Shown here: piece after piece, positions 43,501 through 52,393 of the stretch
How the letters are laid out: each line of letters starts with the position of its first letter
Position numbering within the stretch: position 1 is the first letter of the stretch
Assembly (NCBI GenBank): GCA_963836185.1
Contig: CAWIIQ010000001.1
Span: 928,001-992,000 of the forward strand
Source: Candidatus Krumholzibacteriia bacterium
GTDB taxonomy: Bacteria > Krumholzibacteriota > Krumholzibacteriia > Krumholzibacteriales > Krumholzibacteriaceae
Reading direction: 5' to 3'
Length of the DNA: 64,000 nucleotides
The notes under the pieces: generated by a model
Databases searched by the model: none
The model's input: the letters and a program-made list of their open reading frames with translations, nothing else
What the model was told of the DNA's origin: nothing
Translations under genes and position numbers: made by a program

Positions 43501-45166
43501 CGAGATGGTAAAAGATATATGCAGCCGGCGCGTTCTGCGCCTCCTTGAGGATCTGGGCGATATTCCTGTGCAGCTGCACGCGCCGCTGAGGGTCGATCGA
43601 TTCCTCTATCATCGAGGCGATACTCTTGCCGCTGATGCTGAAGAGAGTGCAGAGGTCCCCGTCGGCAAAACACGAAATGCGCGCCTTTTTGCGGATGACG
43701 CCCAGTGTGACGAGCCTATGAAGGATCCTGTAGAATCGTCCTTCTTCGGTCGAGAAGATCGCCTTGAGGATAGAGAGAGGTACATCGAATCGAAATACCG
43801 CTATGAAAGAAAGGACCGACTTTTCCTCTTCACTGAGGGAATCTACCACGGTGCCGGCCTTTATGTCGCTGTACGAGGTTTCGGAGGCAAGCCTGACCTT
43901 CAACTCCATGACGGCGAAACTGTCTCTTTCGTCCAGCATCTTTTTCGCGGCCGTCCGGCGGGATTTCGGGAGCAGCTTGAGGACCGATCCGCTTTTACGC
44001 GCGTAATCAAGATCAGGTATCTCGATGTCCGATATCCTGAATCCTTTCTCGGTCCCCTCCGAACGGATCGCGTCGGAGAACCAGGCAGGCGCGTCGTCGC
44101 TCAGGCCTATTACGGCGAGCCTGCTTTTTTCCAGGTCATGAGAGAGCCTGTCGACGATGATTCCGCTGAGGACCTGGTCCTGGTGGTGATCGTCATGTAT
44201 CACGAATCCTGTCCCCGCGATCTCATCGCTTTCAGGGAAATCCATGAAGATGCCCTGGTCGCCTGTCACCCCGTCGCCGTCGAATCCCCATTCCCCGGTA
44301 AGTTTTTCCGCTGTTTCCTCGAGCAGGGATGTTTTGCCCTCGCCTGCCCGTCCGGAAACGATGACCATCTGTTTCCCGTCATCTCTCGATCTGAACGCGG
44401 CCTGCCTTATCAGGCTCATCGCCGCGGAATGGTTTTTCAGCGGCGGTCGGCGGCCGGCCATCACTGAAGGAGCGCCTGACTCTCTTCCTGAAAGCTTGCT
44501 GAGCCTTTCGATCAGTGGGAAGAGGGTTTCGCCCGCCCCGGGGCCGATGTCTCTTAGCTGCTCGGCTGTTTCCGAGCATGCCGCGGAGTCCCCTGCGGGA
44601 AGGTACCTGCAGAGGAGGGCAAGCAGCCGCCCGAAAGCGTTGAGATCGTCGAAGAGATTTTCATCCCCTCCCTGACTTGAAGAAGGATCAAGCCTGTCAA
44701 GCACCGCCTCCGGAACGAGGTAAGCAGTCGGGAGGATGCCGGCTGAATTTCCCCGCATCACGATCGATTCGATGGCCAGATTGTGGAAGAACCGCCCCGC
44801 AGATATGCAGTCGAGAAATGTCGCGGTCAGGGAGCGGGTCAGTTCGAGACTCTCTTCCGGTTTCAGTGATGGAAGCATCTTGGTCACCGGAACGAGATCC
44901 TGCCAGGGAAGAAGAAAGAATACCCCGCTGCCGCTCTCCTGGATAGACAGGGGGCGGAGGTTGTCACCGGCCGCATCGGAAAAGAGGTAATCCCTCATCT
45001 GCAGATCGTCTATTGATATGGATGTCTCGGTGGTGATAACCAGTGAAAAGAGAAGGTAGTCCTTGCCGCTGAGGGAATCAGTGACACCGAATCCCTGCCA
45101 GGGAGGATAGGCGCCGAGCGCCTTCTTGATAGCGTAGCGAGAGGTGAATCCCAGCTCGTTTTCCAT
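40535..45166 (-). CDS. Giant sigma54 enhancer-binding protein (pseudokinase-like, P-loop ATPase, TPR, GAF, sigma54 AAA+, Fis HTH)
   Basis: GRAGEGKT; TPR array; GAF; GPNGSGKD, ESELFGHEKGSFTGA, FLNEI, RVGG, ATNKDL, FREDLYYR, WPGNVRELEN, AAQILGISKPTLY. Confidence 0.92.
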   Translation of the reverse strand: MENELGFTSRYAIKKALGAYPPWQGFGVTDSLSGKDYLLFSLVITTETSISIDDLQMRDYLFSDAAGDNLRPLSIQESGSGVFFLLPWQDLVPVTKMLPSLKPEESLELTRSLTATFLDCISAGRFFHNLAIESIVMRGNSAGILPTAYLVPEAVLDRLDPSSSQGGDENLFDDLNAFGRLLALLCRYLPAGDSAACSETAEQLRDIGPGAGETLFPLIERLSKLSGRESGAPSVMAGRRPPLKNHSAAMSLIRQAAFRSRDDGKQMVIVSGRAGEGKTSLLEETAEKLTGEWGFDGDGVTGDQGIFMDFPESDEIAGTGFVIHDDHHQDQVLSGIIVDRLSHDLEKSRLAVIGLSDDAPAWFSDAIRSEGTEKGFRISDIEIPDLDYARKSGSVLKLLPKSRRTAAKKMLDERDSFAVMELKVRLASETSYSDIKAGTVVDSLSEEEKSVLSFIAVFRFDVPLSILKAIFSTEEGRFYRILHRLVTLGVIRKKARISCFADGDLCTLFSISGKSIASMIEESIDPQRRVQLHRNIAQILKEAQNAPAAYIFYHLVRAGDMQEAAFKGLRVFQLLLTRKRLNAINSFNDGFMSLGLDQHLPVEMRLNLLLELGNYYANIGMIDKAEEFFRNCREETSTSERWQNHRELAVEAIRKECEILERRGEFIVAEELLNKAIQMHGEHVLARERAKLYNDLAWVHYRLGKFDMSWENCLLVHKLLDKKQHPMELAQSYNLMGAINWNRSKYDEALLCHKKCLALREDCNDELGVAASLNNLGLVYRSMGRVKEALESFIKSMRIKQRNNNLPGLAAVHLNIALACLDTEELEKADANCRTAVKLAEDLGNQQLLAEIYGTLGEIRLRKGEHAEARNHYFRALHICQKTRSLREKAVVLRRLGELGLIEGKITETKDLLAEARELNNQIGSRLETALLDLLDGRLQLAEGKREHGRRILEETSFELSILGRKGTAASVASEIGELYLEEGNESLAREYLLRAISLFGESEKLPSSVSHLQKHLEERTALDLEKIHSDSARFRALCRVISLIRTIHDPDRLNETITETAMKMTSMERAALILQSDGQDTYRILASIGDFDSDAILTDKNIIAILNISRQLGYPLDISRTRIPAGKVQEDFLADHPGIICTPLWIHEEVTGYLYLDASREVAGTTDEDHTFLVAFSQQVALGLERMLLSDRLRQKEHLGENVSIMASSGDRVTFQDIIGKSAAIRKIYDLIDGIKDLDTTVLLTGPNGSGKDLIAKTLHYTGPRKDKPFHTLNCPALPDQLIESELFGHEKGSFTGAYKQNVGHFESASDGTIFLNEIGDLPLRLQPKLLRVLEDMRFFRVGGTREIKTSARVICATNKDLMKLVKEGKFREDLYYRINIFPIRVPGLVERRDDIKLLCNHFLTMYCRLYNTPTKRISPEAMACLTEYDWPGNVRELENTINRLMIISKKDTILPEDLPVNIVKHRESVETRSLNTLEDMIESLLDTVEFSDSDPILPRVKQTLINKVVEKTGDKTKAAQILGISKPTLYSHLRSNERKRR

Positions 45167-45208
45167 TATGACCGACCGCTGCAGAACGATTCAGTTAAGG
45201 AATTTGAC

Positions 45209-45238
45209 CAGTAAAGATACTTTACTGCAATCCTGTGT
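45209..45238 (-). promoter_or_regulatory. sigma70-like promoter of the EBP operon overlapped by an 8-bp palindrome
   Basis: Minus strand TTGTAA-17 bp-TAAAGT; CAGTAAAG-ata-CTTTACTG at 45209-45227. Confidence 0.45.
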
Positions 45239-45255
45239 ATATTACAAGGGTTGAA

Positions 45256-45600
45256 TTACGTTATAAAGAGGAGCCGGCCGCAGTTCTCGCAGGTGAGAAG
45301 TTCGCTGCTGTATGCGGATGAGAAGAAGGAAGTGGGCAGTTTTGTGAAGCAGCCGAGGCATTTGTCGCCGGTAACAGGGAGAATCGCTACCTTGTAACGC
45401 ACGGCAAGCCTCTCGTAACGATTTTTGAGCGCGACGGGGATCTTCCCGGCAAGCTTGTCACGCCCCTTCTGGAGTTCCTCGAGCCCGTCGAGCTGAAATC
45501 CCATATCCTTGAGCTTTTCGGAGGTCTTCTTTTCCTCGACTTCCTTGATCATGATATCGAGATCCTGCAGAGCGACCAGGAGCTTGAATTCCTCTCTCAT
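45256..45600 (-). CDS. C4-type zinc-ribbon (DUF164 / zf-RING_7) protein with short coiled coil
   Basis: LVALQDLD, YERL, CLGC...TCENCGRLL. Confidence 0.85.
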   Translation of the reverse strand: MREEFKLLVALQDLDIMIKEVEEKKTSEKLKDMGFQLDGLEELQKGRDKLAGKIPVALKNRYERLAVRYKVAILPVTGDKCLGCFTKLPTSFFSSAYSSELLTCENCGRLLFIT

Positions 45601-46064
45601 TTCCCTTCACCCCCGAGCACAGCCTGAAGGGACTCGAAATTCTTTACCTCGTAAAGCTTTTCGAGAGTCTCCGGCTGCTGAACGAGAGCCGTCAGTTTGC
45701 TGAGAAGGGTGAGATAGGGCTCTGCGCCTTTTTCAGAGGGAGCCAGGATAAGAAAGAATATCCTTGTGGGTTTCCCGTCCAGCGCTTCAAAATCGACCCC
45801 TGATGGTGAGCGCGCGAAGAGAACAGTAAGTTCCGGTATGGCTATAGATCTGCCGTGCGGGAAGGCGACGCCCAGGCCGAGTCCTGTTGATCCCAGGCTC
45901 TCCCGGTTTTTCAGCATCTCTAGGAGAAAACGTTCGTCCGCGATCTTTCCTGACGCCTTAAGGTATCTGACCATCTCCTGAAGGACAGAGGCCTTCTTTT
46001 TTGATCGCAGACTGAAGATGCAGAGGTCTTCCTTGAAGCGTTCAGCGAGCTTGTTTGATCCCAT
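45597..46064 (-). CDS. PTS EIIA (Ntr/fructose-type) protein
   Basis: RESLGSTGLG.GVAFPHG (phospho-His), GVDFEALDGKP; overlaps the next gene by 4 nt. Confidence 0.9.
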   Translation of the reverse strand: MGSNKLAERFKEDLCIFSLRSKKKASVLQEMVRYLKASGKIADERFLLEMLKNRESLGSTGLGLGVAFPHGRSIAIPELTVLFARSPSGVDFEALDGKPTRIFFLILAPSEKGAEPYLTLLSKLTALVQQPETLEKLYEVKNFESLQAVLGGEGK

Positions 46065-46197
46065 ATCCTCTCTTGCTTTCACAGTCAACTCATTCTCTGT
46101 ATAGCAATTTCAACTTTTTTAAACAACAGGTTTTTGCTATCATAGCGAAAATTATTTATTGGCAGAGAGTTACTTTATCGGATACGGCGGCGTAACA

Positions 46198-47130
46198 ATG
46201 AGTGGAAATGAGAACCCCAATGGTCTGCTGATCAGGATAAAGGGTTCGGATCACTATGTTTATAATTCCGGTGAAGAGGTCGTATGCAGCGTGAGGGGGC
46301 GTTTCCGGATCGACCGGGGAGATGACGAGGTGCTGCCGGTAGTCGGAGATATAGTCGAGTACCGCAGGGAGCCTCAGCTCGATTCAAGCGGCCCCTCCGG
46401 GATGATCACCTCGGTCAGGCCGCGCAGGTCGCTTTTTGTCAGGTCCGAAACACGTGGCAGAAAAGGTTTCCGCATACTCGGGGCGAACCTCGATTTCGTA
46501 TTTCTCGTCCATTCGGTCAGGGATCCCGTACTCAACTTGAGGCTTGTCGACCGCATGCTGACCTCTGCCGAGCGCGACGGCATTGAACCCGTCATCGTCG
46601 TCAACAAGAGCGATCTCATAGAGGATGAGGAGGGGCTTGCCGCTGCGCTGGTCCCTTATCGGGACATGGGATACACTATCATACGGGCGTGCGCTGTCAC
46701 CGGCGAAGGGATAGAAGAGATGTCCGGGATGATGGAGGGGCATTGCACGATGCTCTCAGGCCCTTCGGGGGCAGGCAAGACATCGCTCCTTTCGAAGGTG
46801 GAGCCGGGGATAGAGGCGAGGATATCGAAAGTCAGCTTGAGTACCGGCAAGGGGCGGCATACGACGACGCATTTCGAACTTCACAGGCTCTCGTCGGGCG
46901 GATGGCTGGGGGATTCTCCAGGTATCAGGGAGTTCGGGGTCTGGGGGGTCGAGAAAGAGACCCTCGGCGAGTATTTCCGTGACTTCGAGCCTTATCTGGG
47001 GGGATGCCGCTTCAATACCTGCACTCACAGCCATGAACCGAAATGCGCCGTAAAAGAAGCGGTGGAGAATGGGGCTATCTCGGAGGCGCGTTACGACAGC
47101 TACCTTCGAATACTGGAGAGTCTCGAGTGA
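46198..47130 (+). CDS. rsgA: Ribosome small subunit-dependent GTPase A
   Basis: PVVGD, NKSD, GPSGAGKT, GRHTT, DSPG, CRF..C.H..EP.C. Confidence 0.95.
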   Translation: MSGNENPNGLLIRIKGSDHYVYNSGEEVVCSVRGRFRIDRGDDEVLPVVGDIVEYRREPQLDSSGPSGMITSVRPRRSLFVRSETRGRKGFRILGANLDFVFLVHSVRDPVLNLRLVDRMLTSAERDGIEPVIVVNKSDLIEDEEGLAAALVPYRDMGYTIIRACAVTGEGIEEMSGMMEGHCTMLSGPSGAGKTSLLSKVEPGIEARISKVSLSTGKGRHTTTHFELHRLSSGGWLGDSPGIREFGVWGVEKETLGEYFRDFEPYLGGCRFNTCTHSHEPKCAVKEAVENGAISEARYDSYLRILESLE

Positions 47131-47289
47131 ATATGAGAAGAGCGGCCCGTTGCGGGCCGCTCCAAGGTAAGGAGAGATTGAAGGTGGTGGGATAATTGAT
47201 CCGCTCTCTGCTTATTGTTACGAATCACCGTCTTTAATGTTCCATTTTTTTCCGGCAGAAAACATTTTTTTTGATGGAGACTACGTGCC

Positions 47290-48420
47290 TTGAAAAAGAG
47301 ATTCGAGAGAAGAGGCAAGGTCGTTCTCGCCGAAGCCCTGGCGCCCCTTATCGGCACGCGTGGAAGCGGTGCGCCGCTGCCTGAACCGGGTAATGTCAGA
47401 AGCCTGCTTATCATAAGGCAGCACAACCAGATGGGCGACATGCTCCTTGCCGTCCCCGCGTTCAGGGGTATCAGGAACAGGTTCCCGAACGCGAGGATCA
47501 CACTTCTCGCCGCGTCCATCAACTCCGGCGTGATGCAGAATAATCCCTTTGTCGACGAAGTGATCACCTGGTCGAAGGAGCAGAGCAGGAGAGATCCCCT
47601 GGCCCTGCTGCGCTTCATCCGCGGATTGAGAAGACAGAGGTTCGACGTGTTGATTGTCCTCAATACGGTCTCCTTCTCAGTTACGAGCATGCTTCTCGGC
47701 GCGGTGAGCGGAGCTGCCTGGCGGGCAGGTTCGTCGAGCCTGCCTTTCGGCACCGACCTTACGTCAAGGTACTACCACCTCGAACTGTCTCTTCCAGACG
47801 ATGATGAGCTGGCGCTCATGCACGAGAGTGAGCACAACCTTTATCCACTCCGCGCGCTCGGGATAGACGAATCTGACCTCTCATCCGAGCTCGTGCCATT
47901 TGAATGGGAGGAGAGGGGAAGCAGGGAATTCACGGCAGCGGCTTTCGGTGACGGGCCTTACGCGGTGATCCATCCCGGAGCGGGAAAGGTGCAGAATATC
48001 TGGCCGCCTGAGAGATTCGCGGAGGTATCAGGCGCCCTCCTGGAAAGGTACGGTATCCATTCGGTCGCGGTGCGCGGGCCTGTAGACGACATCTTCTTCG
48101 CGAGGTTTCTCGATGCCTGCGCGGCTTCTCCCCAGGTCATATCCTGCCCGACGGTAGGTTTTCTCGGTGCGCTCATGAGGGACGCGGCAGTCTCTGTATG
48201 CAACGATACGGGAGTGGCGCATATAGCCGGTGCCGTGGGGGCGAGATGCGCCGAGATCTTCGGGCCCACAGATCCGCTCAGGTGGAAGCCGGTCTCCGAC
48301 AACGTGATCGCCGTAAAGCCGCATGACGGTAAGGTCGATTCGGTGACTACTGCTGAGGTGCTGGAAGTCGTAGACGGATTGCTGGCAGGGATCGGTGTTA
48401 CTGGCGCTGGATCAGGTTGA
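47290..48420 (+). CDS. GT9 glycosyltransferase (heptosyltransferase-like)
   Basis: MGDMLL..P, IHPGAG...WP, NDTGVAHIAGA, IFGPTDP..W. Confidence 0.88.
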   Translation: MKKRFERRGKVVLAEALAPLIGTRGSGAPLPEPGNVRSLLIIRQHNQMGDMLLAVPAFRGIRNRFPNARITLLAASINSGVMQNNPFVDEVITWSKEQSRRDPLALLRFIRGLRRQRFDVLIVLNTVSFSVTSMLLGAVSGAAWRAGSSSLPFGTDLTSRYYHLELSLPDDDELALMHESEHNLYPLRALGIDESDLSSELVPFEWEERGSREFTAAAFGDGPYAVIHPGAGKVQNIWPPERFAEVSGALLERYGIHSVAVRGPVDDIFFARFLDACAASPQVISCPTVGFLGALMRDAAVSVCNDTGVAHIAGAVGARCAEIFGPTDPLRWKPVSDNVIAVKPHDGKVDSVTTAEVLEVVDGLLAGIGVTGAGSG

Positions 48421-50134
48421 TCTTAAGAGAAAGGGTCTCGCTGGCCGGGATATCCACCTCGCCGGTCCACGTGAGATACCCGTGTTTCTTCAACTCGACC
48501 AGATATTTTCCCGCGGCAAGCTGGATCGGGGCCTTCATCGGCGTCGTACCGTGATACGTTCCATTTACAAAGACGCTCGCTCCGGCGATCGTCGTGAAAT
48601 CAAGGCTGCCCGTTACCCTCTGCAGCTCGATCCTTCTGCGCGAGAGCTCGCCCTTCCTGATCACGATCCTTTCGGAGTACTCGATGAATTCGTGCTGTTT
48701 CAGTGTAATATCGTGAGGACCGACGGTGAGTTCCACCGGGCCGAACCTGTCGGTAGAGGCGCGCCAGCGTCCATCGATGTGGATCTCGGCCTCGGGCTCG
48801 ACGTAGATGTCGATCAGCCCGATCGCTGGAACCGGCTCCTCTTGTGCCACGATTTCTTCAGGCACGACGGGCGGTTCCTCTTCTATGACGGCAGCGAGAG
48901 TATCGGGTTCGGGTGCGATACCTTCCGGGGGGCCGGCGGCATGGACGGGATCAACCGCTTCCGCGGTCAATGTCGATGAATCAGGCTCGACGGCGCCTGT
49001 ATCCGCAGCCGAAGTGAACATGCTCTCCATGGTCCCGTTCGGAAGGCCTGAAGCCGGAAGCAGTCCAGCCGGCTTTTCCGATCTGAATCCCTCGATGACA
49101 TTTTCCGCCTTCGTTCGCAGTCCCTGTACTATATCGGGGCGCTCCCAGGCGGTGTATCCCGCCGATATGATGACAGCGGCAGCGGCAATGCCCGTTATCC
49201 ATTTCCTGGCGCTGCCCCGCCTGCGGCGGCGCTGCGGCGTGGACTCGGCCACCGTGACCGCGGGATCTGATCCTCCGGCAAGCCTGCGCAGCCTGTTTCT
49301 CATGGACCAGACCTTTTCCTGGCCGACGCAGGCCTCGATCGTCCTTGCCATCTCCAGGGCGGTCCCGAACCTCTTCGAAGGTTCCCTGCTCAGGGCTTTC
49401 ATGATGATGCAGTCGGTTTCGTTGCATACATTCTCGTTGACCCGGCCGGGTTGCGGTATATGTCCGCCGATGATCCTCTGGATCACCGCGGCATAAGTGT
49501 TTCCGCTGAAAGGCTGCTGCCCTGTCACCATCTCGTAACAGATCGTTCCCAGGGAGAAGATGTCGCTCCGTCCATCGATGCCGTCGCCGATCGCCTGTTC
49601 CGGCGACATGTAAAGCGGTGTTCCCAGCAGTGTGTCCGCGACCGTATGCTGGATCTGGCTGCCGATCAGCTTGGCCAGCCCGAAATCGGTGATCTTCACC
49701 TGGCCGGTCGCAGTGATCATAATATTTGCCGGCTTGATGTCTCTGTGGATTATCCCGTGCTGGTGGGCGTGATCGAGGCCGATGCATATCTCGCGCGCTA
49801 TCAGCAGGGCGAGCTCTTCGTCGATCGGTCCATGCTTCTCGATGATATCGCTGAGCGCGAAACCGTCGATATATTCCATCACTATGAAGTAGTTGCCGTC
49901 TGACATCCCGGAATCGATGATACGTACAATGTTCTCGTGGTCGAGGCTGGCTGCTGCCTTGGCTTCCACCTCGAACCGTCCCGTGAAATTCGTGTCGGAT
50001 GTCAGATGAGAGTGCAGTCTCTTGATCACTACCTCGCGGTCGAGAGATTTCTGGATGGCTTTGTACAGCACTGCGGTGCCGCCGGTCGCGAGGGTGCTCA
50101 GTATCTGGTAGTTTCTTCCTTCCATATCCGTCAT
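48398..50134 (-). CDS. Ser/Thr kinase with TM, linker and two PEGA domains
   Basis: ATGGTAV, VIK, HRDIKPAN, DFG, YMSPEQ; C-terminal AEIHIDG / ASVFVNG..HGTTP; ATGA coupling to the phosphoesterase. Confidence 0.9.
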   Translation of the reverse strand: MTDMEGRNYQILSTLATGGTAVLYKAIQKSLDREVVIKRLHSHLTSDTNFTGRFEVEAKAAASLDHENIVRIIDSGMSDGNYFIVMEYIDGFALSDIIEKHGPIDEELALLIAREICIGLDHAHQHGIIHRDIKPANIMITATGQVKITDFGLAKLIGSQIQHTVADTLLGTPLYMSPEQAIGDGIDGRSDIFSLGTICYEMVTGQQPFSGNTYAAVIQRIIGGHIPQPGRVNENVCNETDCIIMKALSREPSKRFGTALEMARTIEACVGQEKVWSMRNRLRRLAGGSDPAVTVAESTPQRRRRRGSARKWITGIAAAAVIISAGYTAWERPDIVQGLRTKAENVIEGFRSEKPAGLLPASGLPNGTMESMFTSAADTGAVEPDSSTLTAEAVDPVHAAGPPEGIAPEPDTLAAVIEEEPPVVPEEIVAQEEPVPAIGLIDIYVEPEAEIHIDGRWRASTDRFGPVELTVGPHDITLKQHEFIEYSERIVIRKGELSRRRIELQRVTGSLDFTTIAGASVFVNGTYHGTTPMKAPIQLAAGKYLVELKKHGYLTWTGEVDIPASETLSLKINLIQRQ

Positions 50135-50859
50135 CTCGCGATCGCCAGTCTGGAGGCGAGCGATTCGGGCAGCCCTTCCGCCCTTATCCTTTCCTGTGCT
50201 TCGACTACGTCGTAAGGGATCCTCCGCATGCTTATCCTTCCGCGCTGAACGTCGATGACGGAGAAACTCGACGCGCTGACACCGTCTCTCGGCTGGCCGA
50301 TGCTGCCTGTATTGATCAGGTAGCGGCGGGCCGGGTCGATCTCGAGCTTCGAGCTCGTCTCGACCCTGCATCCCGAAAGATGGTCGTGGCTTATGATCCC
50401 CGGCACATGAGTGTGTCCTATGAAGATAAACTGCGCATCCGTTTCTCTGAATATCCTGTCCGCCTGTGCCATGGTGTAGATGTATTCCCAGTCGATAGGA
50501 GAGACGGGGGAGGAGTGAGCGAAGAGGCATTCTCCGTGGCGTCTGACCGTATCATAGGCTGTGAGGAGTTCCTTCTGTCTCGCTGACAGCGAGTTCTTCG
50601 TCCATTCGATCGATATCCTGGCGGTGACGTTGAAGTTTTCGCTGTCGGCCAGGCCCGCCGCCACAAAATCGTGATTGCCGCAGATGCGTATGTCGCAGTG
50701 CTCGTCGACGAGGTCGACACAGTCCGAAGGACTCGCTCCGTAGCCTACAACATCACCGAGTGAGACTACGAAATCGGGCCTGATCTCGCCGATCTCTTCC
50801 ACGAGCGTCTCGAGCGCCTGTGCGTTGCCGTGAATATCTGAGAATATGAGGTACTTCAT
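50131..50859 (-). CDS. Calcineurin-like metallophosphoesterase (putative protein phosphatase)
   Basis: SDIHGN, LGDVVGYG, GNHD, GHTH, NTGSIGQPRDG. Confidence 0.9.
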   Translation of the reverse strand: MKYLIFSDIHGNAQALETLVEEIGEIRPDFVVSLGDVVGYGASPSDCVDLVDEHCDIRICGNHDFVAAGLADSENFNVTARISIEWTKNSLSARQKELLTAYDTVRRHGECLFAHSSPVSPIDWEYIYTMAQADRIFRETDAQFIFIGHTHVPGIISHDHLSGCRVETSSKLEIDPARRYLINTGSIGQPRDGVSASSFSVIDVQRGRISMRRIPYDVVEAQERIRAEGLPESLASRLAIAR

Positions 50860-50863
50860 TATA

Positions 50864-52201
50864 TCAGTGCTTGAAGACGAATTCTTCCGAGCCGATGGCT
50901 ATCAGGTCCTCTTCCTGCAGGACCTTCTCCTCCATCTTCTCGCCATTAACCCTGACGGACTTCTTCCCGTCCGCTTCCATGACCCAGTCCGGTCCGCACT
51001 TGTGGATGTTCACCTTCACGCGCGGAGCGAAGAGCCCCTTCAACCTTATGTCCGATTCTCTGCCTCTGCCGATCACGAGACTGTTGCCCTCTATCGGGTA
51101 TTCCTCCTGCTCGCTGCGGCGGTAAAGCCTGGGGAAAGTCTCTTCGTCGATAACGGCACTTTCCTGCTTCGGACAGTTTTCGCTGTGGAATCTCGGTATG
51201 ATAACGGTCTGATCGAGAGTGTCAGAGGTGCCTTCCTCGCCGGTCGTGACCTGGAAAGCGATCTCGTACTTGCCTATGGAAATGGCGTCTCCGCCATGCA
51301 GTTCGCCCTGTTCGACCTTTTCGCCGTTGAGAAGCGTTCCGTTCTTGCTGCCCAGGTCGCGTATGACATAACCGGACCTGACGGAATGGATGACCGCGTG
51401 CTTTCTCGAGACGCTGAGGTTGTCTATCACGATGTCGTTTTCGGGCAGTCTTCCGATCGTGATCTGTTTTCCTGTGAAGTTGTATGTCTTCAGCGGCCTG
51501 TTCTTCAGCTTGACTATCAGCTTCGGGGGCTGGCTGAGGAAGAACGACGTGACCGGGCCCTCGTAGTCCCCGGGGATCTGACGTGAATCCTCGGAATGTT
51601 TTACGACGAGTTCGGTAAATATCCTTATCTCGAAGGGAGCCCTGGTGGCCATCGTGTAGACCTTGACCAGAAAATCCTCCCGCCTGCTCGTCTCACCCGA
51701 CATCCCGGTGTTGAGGCCGTGATAGCATGCCGCCGGAATACCTTCCTTGTATCTGAGCATTACGAGGTTGCCTGGCTGCAGTGCGGATACCAGCGCGTTG
51801 CGTTTCTCGGATTCTATCCTGTCGAGGAGCTCGTCGAGGTCAACGAGGGTCGAGCTGACCTTGAGCTCGGGTTTCGTCTGGAGGTAGACGATCAGGGAAT
51901 GGAAGAGCAGAAGGTTGACCGAGTAGACGATCACCTTGGGGAACTGGGTCCTGCGCAGCGAGGAGAAACACTCCCTCACTGAGAGGCCGGCAAAGCCGCC
52001 CGGGTCACTCGAGCAGCACCAGTAGACCTGGCCATCCCTGATGAATGTGAGATACTGGACATGATCGTTAAAGACCTCGATGACGACAGGGTCCACGCCC
52101 TTGTCTGCGAGATGCTTCTTCAGGACCGAATCGAAACGATCGGGATCGTAATCGGTCGGGTCCATAAGTACGCTGGTATATGGTATCTGAAGCCTCGACA
52201 T
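50864..52201 (-). CDS. FHA-domain protein (N-terminal DUF4388/PATAN-like region, one canonical and one degenerate FHA)
   Basis: IGR...NDIVID..SVSRKHA...DLGSKNGT..NG; second IGRGRESDI lacking SxxH. Confidence 0.85.
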   Translation of the reverse strand: MSRLQIPYTSVLMDPTDYDPDRFDSVLKKHLADKGVDPVVIEVFNDHVQYLTFIRDGQVYWCCSSDPGGFAGLSVRECFSSLRRTQFPKVIVYSVNLLLFHSLIVYLQTKPELKVSSTLVDLDELLDRIESEKRNALVSALQPGNLVMLRYKEGIPAACYHGLNTGMSGETSRREDFLVKVYTMATRAPFEIRIFTELVVKHSEDSRQIPGDYEGPVTSFFLSQPPKLIVKLKNRPLKTYNFTGKQITIGRLPENDIVIDNLSVSRKHAVIHSVRSGYVIRDLGSKNGTLLNGEKVEQGELHGGDAISIGKYEIAFQVTTGEEGTSDTLDQTVIIPRFHSENCPKQESAVIDEETFPRLYRRSEQEEYPIEGNSLVIGRGRESDIRLKGLFAPRVKVNIHKCGPDWVMEADGKKSVRVNGEKMEEKVLQEEDLIAIGSEEFVFKH

Positions 52202-52242
52202 GACCTTATTATCCTTTCCGAGAAATCCTCCGAAATCTTACA

Positions 52243-52259
52243 CGCAAGAAAAATGCCAA
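52243..52259 (-). promoter_or_regulatory. sigma54 (-24/-12) promoter of the FHA-phosphatase-kinase operon
   Basis: Minus strand TTGGCATTTTTCTTGCG (GG-N10-GC), about 40 nt before the start codon. Confidence 0.7.
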
Positions 52260-52312
52260 AGACAGCAAGGGGTGATGGCGGGTAAATCTATGAAAAATAA
52301 GGATATCAGGGG

Positions 52313-52341
52313 TTGAACGAAGGCCCGGTCAGTGTTATAAT
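52313..52341 (+). promoter_or_regulatory. sigma70 promoter of the cold-shock gene
   Basis: TTGAAC-17 bp-TATAAT with extended TG. Confidence 0.65.
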
Positions 52342-52393
52342 CGCCATTCGCCCGTATTGATGCGGAAACGGCCCGATAAGGCGGAGGTAAGGT

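Noticed and set aside
40535-45166. Giant ATPase-TPR protein as an Avs antiviral STAND
   Set aside because: Its output is a sigma54 AAA+/HTH, not a nuclease, TIR or SIR2 effector, and there is no defence-island context.
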